A stretch of DNA of 64,000 nucleotides from positions 1,623,797 through 1,687,796 of the forward strand of contig NC_090597.1 in the NCBI RefSeq assembly GCF_000497125.1, in the 5' to 3' direction. The position numbers and the translations under genes are program-made. Below are positions 12,396 to 24,700 of this stretch, piece by piece. The notes under the pieces are model-generated. The model worked only from the letters and a program-made list of their open reading frames with translations. It had not been told where the DNA came from and did not search any database. Numbering within the stretch: the first letter of the stretch is position 1; every line of letters starts with the position of its first letter. The DNA is from Spironucleus salmonicida. Its lineage: Eukaryota.

Positions 12396-15008
12396 TCATA
12401 ATATATCAATAATACTTTGCATTAATTCATGAGAACTACAGTTCTCATTTATAACATTCCGTAACTCTTGTTTTCTTTCTAACAGTGCTTCCCTAAGCTT
12501 ATCATCTTAATACACTTCAGGCTTAAACTTACCAAATAAATAAGTAACACCTAAAACACTTTCTGTATCTGAATTTTTAACAATTTTTAATGCTTCTTCT
12601 CCTTCAATAAACAAAACATCTTCCTCTCTAAGAAAATCAACTGCTTCTCCTTAAACAGGCTAAAATGCTTTAGATTTTTTAGTCATTTTTATCTGAGTAT
12701 TAACATTCCCTTAAAGATATTCAAGCATTTTTCTACCATTTGCTTTCTACGTAAAAGTTTACCTACTTAACTATATTTCCTCTCCAAATCTTTTAGCAGG
12801 CGAATTACAATCTTCTATATAAAAGAAAACTCCCTGTATTTGTTCGAACCCAATTATGTAAAATCCTTAGCTCATATCAAAACTTATTATATTATGATCA
12901 AATTCATATATTTGATAAAAAGCTGCGGTTACAATGTCAAAATATATAAGTTTACGTCCAGAACAGAAATATACATTATTTAAACTAATTTTAACTTATC
13001 TTATGGTGATAGGGCAATTTTCTGGTAATTGCTCAGTTCTTTATACTCTAAATATTATCCGATTAGGGGAAATCTCATATGTAATAATACTAAGTTTCTG
13101 ATAACTAAATACAATTAATCTATCTCCATCTACATAGTATTCCTCTCCTTCTTCAATGGTTTCTTTTATAAATCCTCTAAACTCACTTTCAATAATTAAA
13201 GTACCATTAAGAGCATCAAATATAGTGAATTTAGATTTATCAAAACATAAAATACCACGTTCGTATATTTTTTCAGGTATATCTTAAATCATTTCATATT
13301 AATCTTCAGCTATATTTATTTTTAGCTTTTCTGATTATGTAAAGAATTAGCAAAACTCAGGTGAATAGTCTAGCTTTGTTGAAAATATTTCATTGTTATT
13401 AAAATATTTAACAGCTATCTGATTATTACCACATAGACATAGTAAGTTATATTTAACTGAAAATGAGCTTATTTTATCTGGAATTTATAAATCTACTTAA
13501 AATTTTTATAATCTTTCATTACTTGCTAACTCATTTTCTAATATATTTTATCTAGTTATACCATCATGTTTTTCTGTAATACTCTTAGAACTTTTATTTA
13601 ATATTTCAGTGAAAATATGTCTTCCTCCAGGCAATGAATAGCGTGTAAACTTTCCAGAGCTGAAATCATGTTAAAATACATATTCGTCATTACTAGATAC
13701 CAAGACTCCAAATAAAAATTTATTATAAAATTAAAAGTTTCGAATAGAATCAATTGAAAATTTTTAATCTTCGATTTTATGCATAGAAAGTGGATTTTTC
13801 AAATCATTGGTAAATGTAAAAATACGTTTAGACTATAGATTAATGTTTATATATCGAAGATCTCTATCATAGTTTTTAGTAGTATTACTATCCACAAAAA
13901 GTAATTAAGTAACATATCCTGGTAGAACTCTATCTAGTTTCAGTTTGTTACTGCTATATACTTAAATCTAATTAGTAAATATTGCCAAAACATTAAGTTC
14001 ATTCTCTAGTCCTTTCGGAGATACTAAAACAATACCTTATAGTAATTTATCTGTTAAATGTCTTTTAGAAAACGTAAATTTATTAATCATAATCTTGCTT
14101 TTTAGATCAAATTCTTGATAGAAGTCATCATAGAAAATAATAAATTGGTTTTTCATTAAAACTATTGATTTCGGGTTTTCTACCTCAAAATTAGCCTTTA
14201 AGATTGTAAGTTTATTACTTGTTGATGAAAGGTTTAAAAAGTGAGTGAAATTAGAAAATTAAACGGCGTAAATTGAACTTTATACCACAGATTTAGTCAA
14301 TAAAAGAATTAAACATGAATTTTTAGGAGAAAATTCTTCAATATCTTACTATATAAATTCAGTATCATTATAAGTGTAAGTCTAATAAATTTCTCTGCTA
14401 AAACAATCATATATAATGAATGAATTTCCGTATGTAATAATATGGTATTAGTTATTCATTTTTATGCTCATGACGTTATCAAATTCAATATCTAGTTCTT
14501 TCTCTGTTAAATCTATTATTTTGTAATCCTCTTATTGAAGCATAAAATTTCCTAAATTTTCATCTAAAGTTAGCTATATTTGATTAATTTACATAGTATT
14601 GCTAAAAATAAAGATATTTTATTTTTAAATTTATTTTACTTTAATAAATGTGTCATTTTCTTCGCTTTCTTCGTTTTCTATTATCTCTACTTTTTCTGAA
14701 ACTTCCTCGTGAATTTCGAGAATCATTTAGTATGGACAGAAGTTCAACGGAATATCAGCGATAAGTGTAAAATTTTAATAAACAAAAAGTGAACTATATG
14801 ATGCTAAAAATATTAAATTCTTAAAGGTTTAAATCAAATAAACGGATTGTGGTGGCTTAATTGTAAATATTTATTTAAAATATGCTACCTCAAATATTTC
14901 TATATTGTTAGATATATTTTTGATTATCAGCTATGGTTACTTTACAGAATAATTGATTATGGGCCTAAGACTTGGCGAAAATGCTTCTTATGATGAAATT
15001 AACTGCAT
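12396..15008 (-). CDS. Divergent WD40/beta-propeller protein, possibly UTP12/WDR3 (SSU processome), 870 aa
   Basis: Long code-6 ORF rich in beta-strand pattern. Segments SLPGGRHIF and RVQRTEQLPE...YFDIVTAAFYQIYEFDHNNISFDMS...FYIEDCNS, plus the helical C-terminus, loosely parallel WDR3/Dip2. The CDS is solid but the identity is tentative. Confidence 0.5.
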
Positions 15009-15058
15009 TTGTGAAGTGAAAAAAGAAAGGATTCACTATTCTTATTATATAATATATA

Positions 15059-16498
15059 TCATTGAATAAAATGAAAGTCCCTCTCCCAATTACCAATATT
15101 CGGATAATGAGGATTTGTAAACCAACAGTCTAAAATCTATTATTTAAGGATACCAAATAATTTTTTATCGACAATATTGTAACGTTTAGCTATCTCTTTT
15201 AAATTATGAATGCTTGGTCTTGATCTCAATATTTCAATACCCACATGGAAATTCAAAAAAATATTATCCATTTTATTATAAAATAGGCTTCCTTCTATTT
15301 TATTAAGTGCATACGCTGCAATTAATACTTCGGGTTCCATTTAATATAAATTTTCTATCCTGAAGTTATTAAAAATCAAAGTCTAGAGTTATGTAACGCA
15401 AAGACAAATTTTCACCCCCTAAACCGCCGAAATAAGTGGAATAATATACCCTGCACTATGATTTAATTATTTTTTGCATTACTTATTAGCATTTTATAAG
15501 TGTTCAATTTTTACACAGTCAATGGTCATCTAGAACTGCATATCTACTACTATTGATAAGTATCCTAGAATAATTTTGATTGTTTGAATAGATATATTTT
15601 AGTTTGAAGATATGATATTAGAAAGTTTTTCAAATGAGATAATAATTGAATTGTTAATAATTTAGTCTGAAACGAAAAATTTATTAGCAAATTCTAATGT
15701 TTTATCTAACCAATCATTTAATGATGGTAGTAGATAAAATTATTATGATGAATCTCTAAAAATATCAATAAAAATATGTTTAAAAAGATGCGTGTGATTT
15801 ATAAGAATTTAGATTCCAGTTAACAAGTTGGTATCAAAACACTTTACAAGCTCCTATTAATATCTAGATCTTGATACAATTTTTAATCTATTGATTAAAG
15901 GTAATTGTTGTAATGCATCACCTACACGTTGAGAAAATGTAAATTATAACCTAGCTGAAAATCTCAATGCACGAAGCATGCGAAGAGGATCTTAAGAGAA
16001 TGTTACTATTGGATCAAGTGGGGTATCTAATATCCTATTTAATATGTCTGATATACCTCTTCCGGTAAAATCTTCAACAATATTATCTTAAATATTATAA
16101 AAAAGAGCATTAACGCAAAAATCTCTACGAAATGCGTCTTCTTCTGGTGATCCAGGTGTAACTTATGGTATTCTTGACGATTATTCGTAAGTTTCACATC
16201 GTAAATCTACGAAATCAATCTAATACTCAAAAATCTTCGTAGTTGCTGTTTCTAAATGCTTAGATTTATTCGGATTAGATTAAATAACTCCTATAGAATG
16301 CGGATTCGTCAAATTTTGGCTTGCTATAGTTGCCAACTCTAAACCAGAGCAACCCTAAACCGCAATATCAATATCATGAGGTTCTAAATTTAAAAGCTTG
16401 TCCCGTACCCATCCTCCAACGGCTCTAATTGGTAAGTTTGTAATTTATTTTAAGTAGTCAAAAACTTCCTTTTCTGAGTAAGTAAGTTTTAACTCCAT
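15059..16498 (-). CDS. CCA1: CCA tRNA nucleotidyltransferase (class II), 479 aa
   Basis: AVGGWVRDKLL...DIDIA, NPNKSKHLETAT, DFVDLRCETY, EDAFRRDFCVNALFYN and DPLRMLRALRFSARL. Confidence 0.93.
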
Positions 16499-16550
16499 TT
16501 TAATAAGGAGTGTATCTTTATTATACTATATATAATATTTAAAACCTAAA
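16499..16550. promoter_or_regulatory. Putative 52-bp bidirectional AT-rich promoter
   Basis: Only 52 nt separate the divergent ATGs of CCA1 (16498) and the ankyrin gene (16551). The function is inferred from position only. Confidence 0.5.
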
Positions 16551-18503
16551 ATGTCAAAGAAAACGTAACCTACAACAGAAGATTTAGAGATTTATTTTGC
16601 CGCCGCATAAAGGGGAGATAAAGTTAGACTTACAAAATAATCAACTTTATGTCGTAAATATTTCTCACCTGAAGATAAAACAGCACTTATGTATTGTTGC
16701 GAAAATAACCATGTTAATGTAGCACGCATTGTCGTTGAAAAGGAAAAGAATATACGAAATAAATGCAACTATTCTGCACTTATGGCAGCAACGCGAGCAG
16801 GTTGCATGCAGCTTGTTCAAGGGTTGCTAGTGGAAGCAGATTTGCCACTTCTCGGAAATTTTGATCACCTTTTTAAGGGCGAATACGCATCCCAAATAGC
16901 TATTAGGTTCAATAATTTGGATATCGCCGATCTCCTAATCCAAAAAGAGCCCTCATCAGCCTTGACGCGATTATTCATCCAAGCGTTTGAGCAAAAGGCA
17001 GTAGTCGCTAAACAGCTTGCTTTCGACTCCTTGAACAGAACTCCCCTCATGTACGCAGTCATGAACGTTACGAACCCGAACCTTCAAAAAGCAGTCTCCT
17101 GCTACTCAAATTACGCGCAAATTCAAGACGAAAATGGATTCACAGCGCTAATGCATGCCGTGTGGTGTAACAATATCGAAGCGGTAAAGTTGTTTTGCGT
17201 TAAAAAGTTCGAGCTCAAAATCTAGAGCAAATACAGCTTTGCTCAGCTGCATCAGGGCTTTACCAGTTTGATGCTGGCTGCATTTTTGGACCGCGTAGAG
17301 TGCGTTCAGCTGCTCAGTCAATACGAGTTGGGAATCGTGAATATCGACCTGGAACTAGCAGTGGATTACGCCAAAAGTGACGTTGTGTCCAAGGAACTAG
17401 CGGCTGAACGCGAAATTTCACGGATTAAGACATTCAGCTTTCAAGAAATAACATAGCTCGCATATGATATCAAAAATTCGCTTGTTTTAGGAAAAAGAGT
17501 TAATTAGACCCAAAATACACAGAATATGAGCCTGCTGAGCTCAAACAGTGTTTGTACAGCTGTCAGCAAGGTCTTTTAGATCGATGATGAGCGAATACCT
17601 AATATAGTTGTTTAGGACATTCTAAAATTAACGGAATCGAATAATGTTTCAGAACTGGTTGAAGGCATTAAAAATAGAGAAAACCTGATTAAATAGATTA
17701 AAAAATATAAAGAAGGGGTAGATTTGGAGAATAAAAAGGATTTTGATACTATTGATAAATGCAAATAGAATAAGTTGGATTTGGACGAAAGTCATAAATT
17801 TATAAAGCTAGGTATTGAGAAATTAAAAGCTTAGCAAAAATTATTGTGTCCACCGTCAGAAATTGATTAAGAATTACAATATACTGTGGATGTAGTAAAT
17901 TTTGAGCAAGAGGCGTGCAATATAATAGATACAGAATCTGCTGATTTCTCATCTAATACTATCTTCCCATCTAAGAATAAAGAAATTATGACTGAATTGC
18001 ACACATATTAAATTGATTAGTTTTCTAAGGCGATTCTTGAGATATAACCACAGATTTTAGTTAAGAATTAAATTGTATAGGAAGCACTTATAAGTATTAA
18101 CACTGAAAGATAGAGAATTATTAAAACTATTAATAAACTATTAAAAAGAACTGGTAAAATTAGTATTCTAGATATTAAAAAATAAATAGATCTACTGAAA
18201 TCTGTAATTGGTGGAAGTGTGATTGACTAATAAGATACAGCTCCTAAATTTAAAACTTTAATAAATTAAGAAGATATAGATATAATTATTTCTTAAAAAG
18301 GTAATATTGATAAGTAAATTTTACAAGCTACTGAACAGGTAGGAAGTTTATCAGATGATGTACAAAACCTAAAGCTGGAATTGGAATAAAAACTATCAAA
18401 AATATAAAATATTATGGCAAAGAAAGAATATTATGTCGAAGAAGTTTGTGTAAATCAAAGTGATTTACTGAGCAATATTTATGAAAAAACAGACGGTGAA
18501 TGA
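16551..18503 (+). CDS. Ankyrin-repeat plus coiled-coil protein (diplomonad Protein 21.1 type), 650 aa
   Basis: Repeats KTALMYCCENNH, YSALMAATRAG, RTPLMYAV, GFTALMHAVWCNNIEAVKL and TSLMLAAFLDRVECVQLL, followed by a long coiled coil. Confidence 0.88.
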
Positions 18504-18684
18504 TTTGAAATTAATTATATTCAAAAATTTAATTTGTGATTTAAGTCTTAAGAAGATTTATTCCAATATAATATATAGGATAAATTTCTGATTCACAAAT
18601 AGCTATATTTGTGTTACGCGTGTTTATTGTTTTAAACTTGTTTAATAATATGATATTGTGAAGTTAAGATTTACCACTTCACAA

Positions 18685-21249
18685 ATGCGGACTATTCACA
18701 AATCTTACCCTATTTTATCGGAAAACGCAAGGTGTGACCTTAATCTAGTGATGCACAATATTTCTGGACCAGATCATGTGGCTGCTAGAGTCTATTTACA
18801 ACTTGTACGGATTTTAGCGTCACCTACTTTACGTGTTCATTTACGTACTCCTAAAACATGGCAACATATTCTAGGATTATCTGCTGCGTGTAGAATTTTT
18901 AGTATACCGTTAGAGATACATATTGATTCGTCTTAACAGTTAAACGTATTTAACTTTTATGCTATTTGGGGATCTCTTTAAATGGGTGCTAAAGTTTCTA
19001 GAGCTCCATTTACAGGTTAGTTTACAAGAGATATTACATCCAAGCAGGAGGAAGAAGCTATGAACATTTCAGTTGATGAACTTCTTAAAGAAATTAAGGA
19101 CGATATTCTTGTTATTCCTTTAGAAACATCTTGCTTTTCAAGACATGACTTTACTTAAGCTGTTAGAGCTAAAAGACCATGCTGTCATGTAGTAGGTCTT
19201 CCTTTAGAAAATGAAAACGATTATACCTGCTGGATCTAAACTGCCAATTTAAATATTAATTATGGTTATTTCTTTTATTATATCTCACAAGGAGAATAAT
19301 TTAATAAATAGTAATTAATTAAAAATTATGATTTTTTACCAGAAAAACTTATTCCTGATATCTCATTTGATAATTTTGATATTTTTGAGAATGAACTACA
19401 CGAACTCCTTAATGAAAGATTTTATACTAACTTGCCTTAAATTGACAATGTATTAGAAGTTACAGAAGCTGAAATGTTAGAAGCCTTCAGATAATTCATT
19501 AACTAATCTCACTCTTTAGCCACCGGATCATTCTTAACACCATTAGCCGGTGTTTTGAGTAAAAAGTTCTCCTTTACTGACAAAAGTTAAATCACAGTTT
19601 GGATTACTGGAGCTATTTAATCTACTCTACATTAACAAGATTTCTTAACATATACTTAGTATTACATTAAGAAGGCTCTTGAAAAATCATATGAGCTTAT
19701 TAGTATGAAAGTGGAGATAGATGTAGATGATATGCAGCAAGTTATTGAACTTATGGATATTCTTGATAAAAATGTACTTATTATTTAGAGCTGGAAATTT
19801 GAAAAAGAATTTGTAGCTCTTGAATGTATGAGTCCAGGATATGATCCTTTAATGACCACAATTGCCGAACTTAAATTAAGGTTTGGTAAGAAATCAGTTA
19901 TATGTAATGATATTCCTAAACGTGCTCCTCCTCTTTAGAAAGCTACTAATCAAGATTATTCAGCGGAACATGGTGACAATACTGTTTATACATCCAATTT
20001 GAATTCTTTATAAGATATTACTCCAGAATCGGTTAAGTTAGCTTATGAAAGATTAGTATCACGCCAATGTACTGATAAGACAGGGGTCTTACTTTCTTAA
20101 CACTATACTTAGATACTGGGACACAAAGTCTACTTTGTAATGGAAAATTTATAACAGACTGGTTCATTTAAGATACGTGGTGCTACTAATATGCTTTTAA
20201 AGGCAATTGAATAAAATCCTTCGCTTTAGGGTGTTGTTGCTTGTTCTGCTGGTAATCATGCTTAAGGTGTGGCGAAAACATCTAAGGCTTTAGGAATTAA
20301 GTGTACTATTGTCTGCCCTGAATCCGCGCCAGCGACAAAATTATATGCTACTCAGAGATATGGTGCTGAGGTCATTAAACATGGTCCCGTTTTCGATGCT
20401 GCTTAGTCATATGCCTTGAATTTAGCCAAGTAGAGAAATTGGTTATTTGTTCCACCTTTTAATTCATTTGATGTAGTTGAAGGATAAGCTACAATTGCTT
20501 ATGAAATGTATCAAAAGATAAAGCCTGACACTGTTATTGTTAACGTAGGTGGAGGTGGTATGATCGCTGGTATCACCACTTATATGAAAAAAGTGGCGCC
20601 AAATACTAAAATTGTAGCTATTTAAGCTGAAAAAGTATTCCCTCTTGAAGGTTATGAAAATACACATAAATTTGTTGATGTTGATAAAACTGCAGCTACA
20701 ATAGCTGACGGTTGTAATGTTAAAATACCTGGTGGTGTTCATTCTCCAGTTTTTGATGAGATTAGTTAATATGTTGGTGTTTCAGAAAATGAAATTGCTG
20801 CCACTATTATTAATTTCTTACTAACAACTAAAACTGTCACTGAAGGTGCTGGATGTATGGGATTGGCGGCTTTGTTGTATAAAAAGTATATCCCTGCTGA
20901 AAATGAGAGCATTGCTGTAGTAATTTGTGGTGGAAATATTGATTTGAGTAGAATTGCATAAATATTCTAGACTGGAACCATTTCAATGGGAAAATATATG
21001 TAAATGAAAATGCTTATTGGAAATGGGCCTGGCTAGCTTCTAAAAGTTATGAAGACCATTTAAAAGTTTGGAGGTGTTTGTGATAAGATAAGACATACTA
21101 GAAATGATCAAAAATGTGACTGGGATAGAGCCTGGATGACCATTGGTTGCAGAGTTCCATGCATGGAAGCATGTGATAAATTAAAGAGGGCTCTGAAGGA
21201 CCATTACAATAATATTATTTACCCTGGTGAAGATATAATACCAAAGTGA
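18685..21249 (+). CDS. Threonine dehydratase/ammonia-lyase with a duplicated degenerate N-terminal dehydratase+ACT module, 854 aa
   Basis: The C-half has ENLQQTGSFKIRGA, CSAGNHAQGV, VGGGGMIAG, TIADG, EGAG and ICGGNID plus an ACT-like tail. The N-half shows the same layout in degenerate form. Ends AAG TGA. Confidence 0.92.
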
Positions 21250-21757
21250 TGGATTTTATAGTGGCGTAAGTGTTATTATCGATAAGTATCAGATGTTTAT
21301 AAAATCACTCTATAGTAAAATATAATGCAGGACATTAACCCAATTTTTAAAATAGTCTATAATATATTAATAATTTGTGTCATTATTCATTAGTTTTTAC
21401 TCTCTGCTGTAAAATTAGAATTTACTAGCCTTATTGTCAAAATGTTTAAATAGTAATAAATTTGATATGGCATAATTCAACTAGTGTACGCTCATAAGAC
21501 TTAGATAAAATACTTTTAAAGTATATTTAGTGATTTTAAATAAAATTTTAGGAAATTTACAACTTTAGTGATTTACATTTAAATTTATTTAGACCTTAGT
21601 TTCTAACAAACATATTTTTTAATTTCTATGATAGAGATATTTATCAAAATAGTATGATATATATAAAATTTTAACCTATCTAGAATTATTATTATTATCT
21701 TTGCTTTATTTACACATTCAAATAATATATTAGTATAAATTTCGTATATTTAAACCA

Positions 21758-24700
21758 TCACTCAAACGATATGACTCCGCTCGCAGGCGGCTTCAAACAC
21801 TTTCCTACAACTGGAACAAGCCATATTCCGCTACCTTTTGAGTAAATGATACAATTCGCTGCAAATGCCCCCATAGCATTTGGCGTGAATTTTAACGGTA
21901 TTGAAAATGCAGATTTTGCTTGTCCAACTACTTCACTATTAACTGTACTGACACAATTTTTGGCTGAAAAGAAGTTCTTATTGTCGATCATTCCACTGTC
22001 TTTTCCCTTTCCAGAGCCAGCTGGAACTTTTTCAAGTAGCTAAAATATTTCGTTGATATCTGAAAGTTCGGTTATCAAAATACTGAAATTCGCGGGTTTA
22101 GGAGATTTATTTAAAAGATTTACTGCAAATTCCAATGTTTTACCCAAATCTGCCTGTACTTTAAGAGGTGAACTTGGCCTAGGAGCATTTGCTATTCCTT
22201 TTATAGTAATAAGCAAATTGGCCAAGCATACTTCTCCTTTGTCGGTTTAGGCCTTAATCTCAAGCTTCACATCAAATTCGTCCATTGTTGTAGGAACCTA
22301 TGGTTCATATGAGATTTTGAGTGGCAATGTCGCCTATTTTGGATTGAAACTGAACTATTGAGGCATAACTGTTATATAAGAAGGAAGATTCGTTGCATTC
22401 ATACTAAGCTGTGGGAATTAGGATATCTGGAGTGGATTTGGTATCTAAACTTGCTTTGTTATGATATCTCTGCAAGTAGTTTAAATTGGGATAATTAATG
22501 ATGGTTCAGCTTGTAAACTGAAAAGCTTATATTGAAACTTTAAAAATTCTCCAGATTTTTCGTTCTTAAAGATAATATTTCCGTTAAATTCTTAGTTGCT
22601 AAGGAACGAAATGAAGATAAGCTCAGCAATTCTGTCAGTTCCTGCAGGAGGAACGTCGATAAACTCTGGATGAACTAGTTACATACCATTATCTATATCA
22701 GTATCATGAGTAATATTGAATCGTTGCATATGCTTTTCCCAATTATTAAGTGGTATTTAAATTTTAACAGATTTATATGCAAAGATTTCAGATAAATTAA
22801 TAGTATTCGCACATTAAGGTGCAAGTGGCTTCTCTGCTTGGACAGGTTCTTTACTTTTACCTTTAGTAGGTTATTTATCTTGCGGTTTTGCTTAGTCGGC
22901 TTTAACATTAGTAATATATCCATCCAATTTCGGAGGTTATGCAATACCCTACAAGTTGAATACAACTGCTCCACCTTCTGAACCAGCTATTATGAGTTTT
23001 GCCTTATGATCACCTTAAGTAAGAGGAGAAAAAACGACATTAAATTCACAACCACCTGGTGGTATGATCAATCTATCTGGAACTTAGAAATGTCTGTCTC
23101 CATCCCCTTGTAAAACTGTTTTAACTTCAAATGGTCTATCAGTTGAATTATCTATTTTTTAAATTTTAGAGGCTTATTCCCTAGTAGGACAGTCAAACGT
23201 AACATCGTGTTCTAACGTTGAATAAAAATTCTCTTTATTTTCACAAATGGCAAGAACATTAAATGTACCGATCTAATAAGTTTTACTTTAGAACTAATAC
23301 TCTACAGGAATATTTTATAACAAATATTTACCTGCTGGATAATCATTGGTTGGCTAAAATCGAACAGTAACTGATAGCGCCTATCCTGGTAAAACGTGAC
23401 CTGTTAATGGTCTAATTTACACTAAATTCTAAGTGAACATATCAATTAAATTCTTCTTGATAATAGTTTTTGGTGGTATTGGTATGTTGAATTCAACAGG
23501 AATGTCGCCAGTATTTTCAATTTAAAACTCATTCTATACAAATGAATTTTATAGACAAGGAGGTAAATCTACGGATGTTGAAAGCAGTCTAACAGATGCT
23601 CCAATTGCACTTCCACTCACAGAAGAAAATCCTTCAATAGTGATACATTTTTCAATAGTCAAATCAATACTAGCCTAAAATTGAGTCTAACGTGAAACTG
23701 GCGCATAAAATATTAAAATATCAATTGATGAATTGGGCTATATAATAATATCTTTTAATAAGTTATCTAAATAGGCCTTTTTATTTTATCTTTAATTCCA
23801 ACCTGTTAGTTAATCTAGAGATTTGGAAATTATTTCTGCTGATCTTTCCTATTATTGCAGAGATATAAATAACCCTTATATTTGTTCTACCTCTTATTTA
23901 AATTAAACTCCGAAATTTATCGTCGCTGCTGATTTGTTTTTAATCGGAATAATGCGGTATAATGGGCTAGAATTAGTTAATATTCCACCTAATTAAATAT
24001 TTTTTTAATCAATGATTAAATTGTGGGTAACAGCATTCCCAATAAGAGGATATTTTAATTTATAAAGTCCATTTACTGTAACAAGTAAATTACTCTTAAA
24101 CTATTGAGCGAATAAAGGTTAAAATCTAATTTTTAGTTTTAATGATTAGCCAGGTAGTAATGGCTTTTATTCAGGTGGTGTAACTATGAAGAAATCTGTT
24201 GATTACGATATAAACTCTAGTGTTAATGGTTATATATCATGATTAATAAAAGTAATAATCTGTTCTGAACATCTTTCGTGTGATAAGTCAGCTAATACTG
24301 TTCCAAAGTCTACAAATTGTAAAGATGATTTAAGTCCAGGTTTAACACCCTTTCCGAATATTCTAAGTTTTTAAAGACCAATATTCTCCACATTAATGTT
24401 GACAAAAAGTCCAAACTCTTTATTAATCTAAATATCTTCTTTTGGCGCAAAAGCTAGTTCAATGAAGCATGCTTAGCCTGGTGGTAATTAATAAAGGTGT
24501 GTTCCATTATTCTCAATCCCAATAACAGCAATTTTATAATTATTATTGCACTTTTTCAATTCCACTTAATTTCTACGAGTAGTTGAAATGGTTCTTTGTA
24601 AATCTAAGTATGAAGAAAATTATAAATTATGAAGACCAATATTTGTTAGTTTTAACCGTCTTGTTTTTTAATCAGCTATAAATACAGTTTCGTAATCTAA

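Noticed and set aside
21250-21757. Short code-6 ORFs between the dehydratase and Hydin
   Set aside because: They are under 50 aa with no motif. Such ORFs arise readily when TGA is the only stop.
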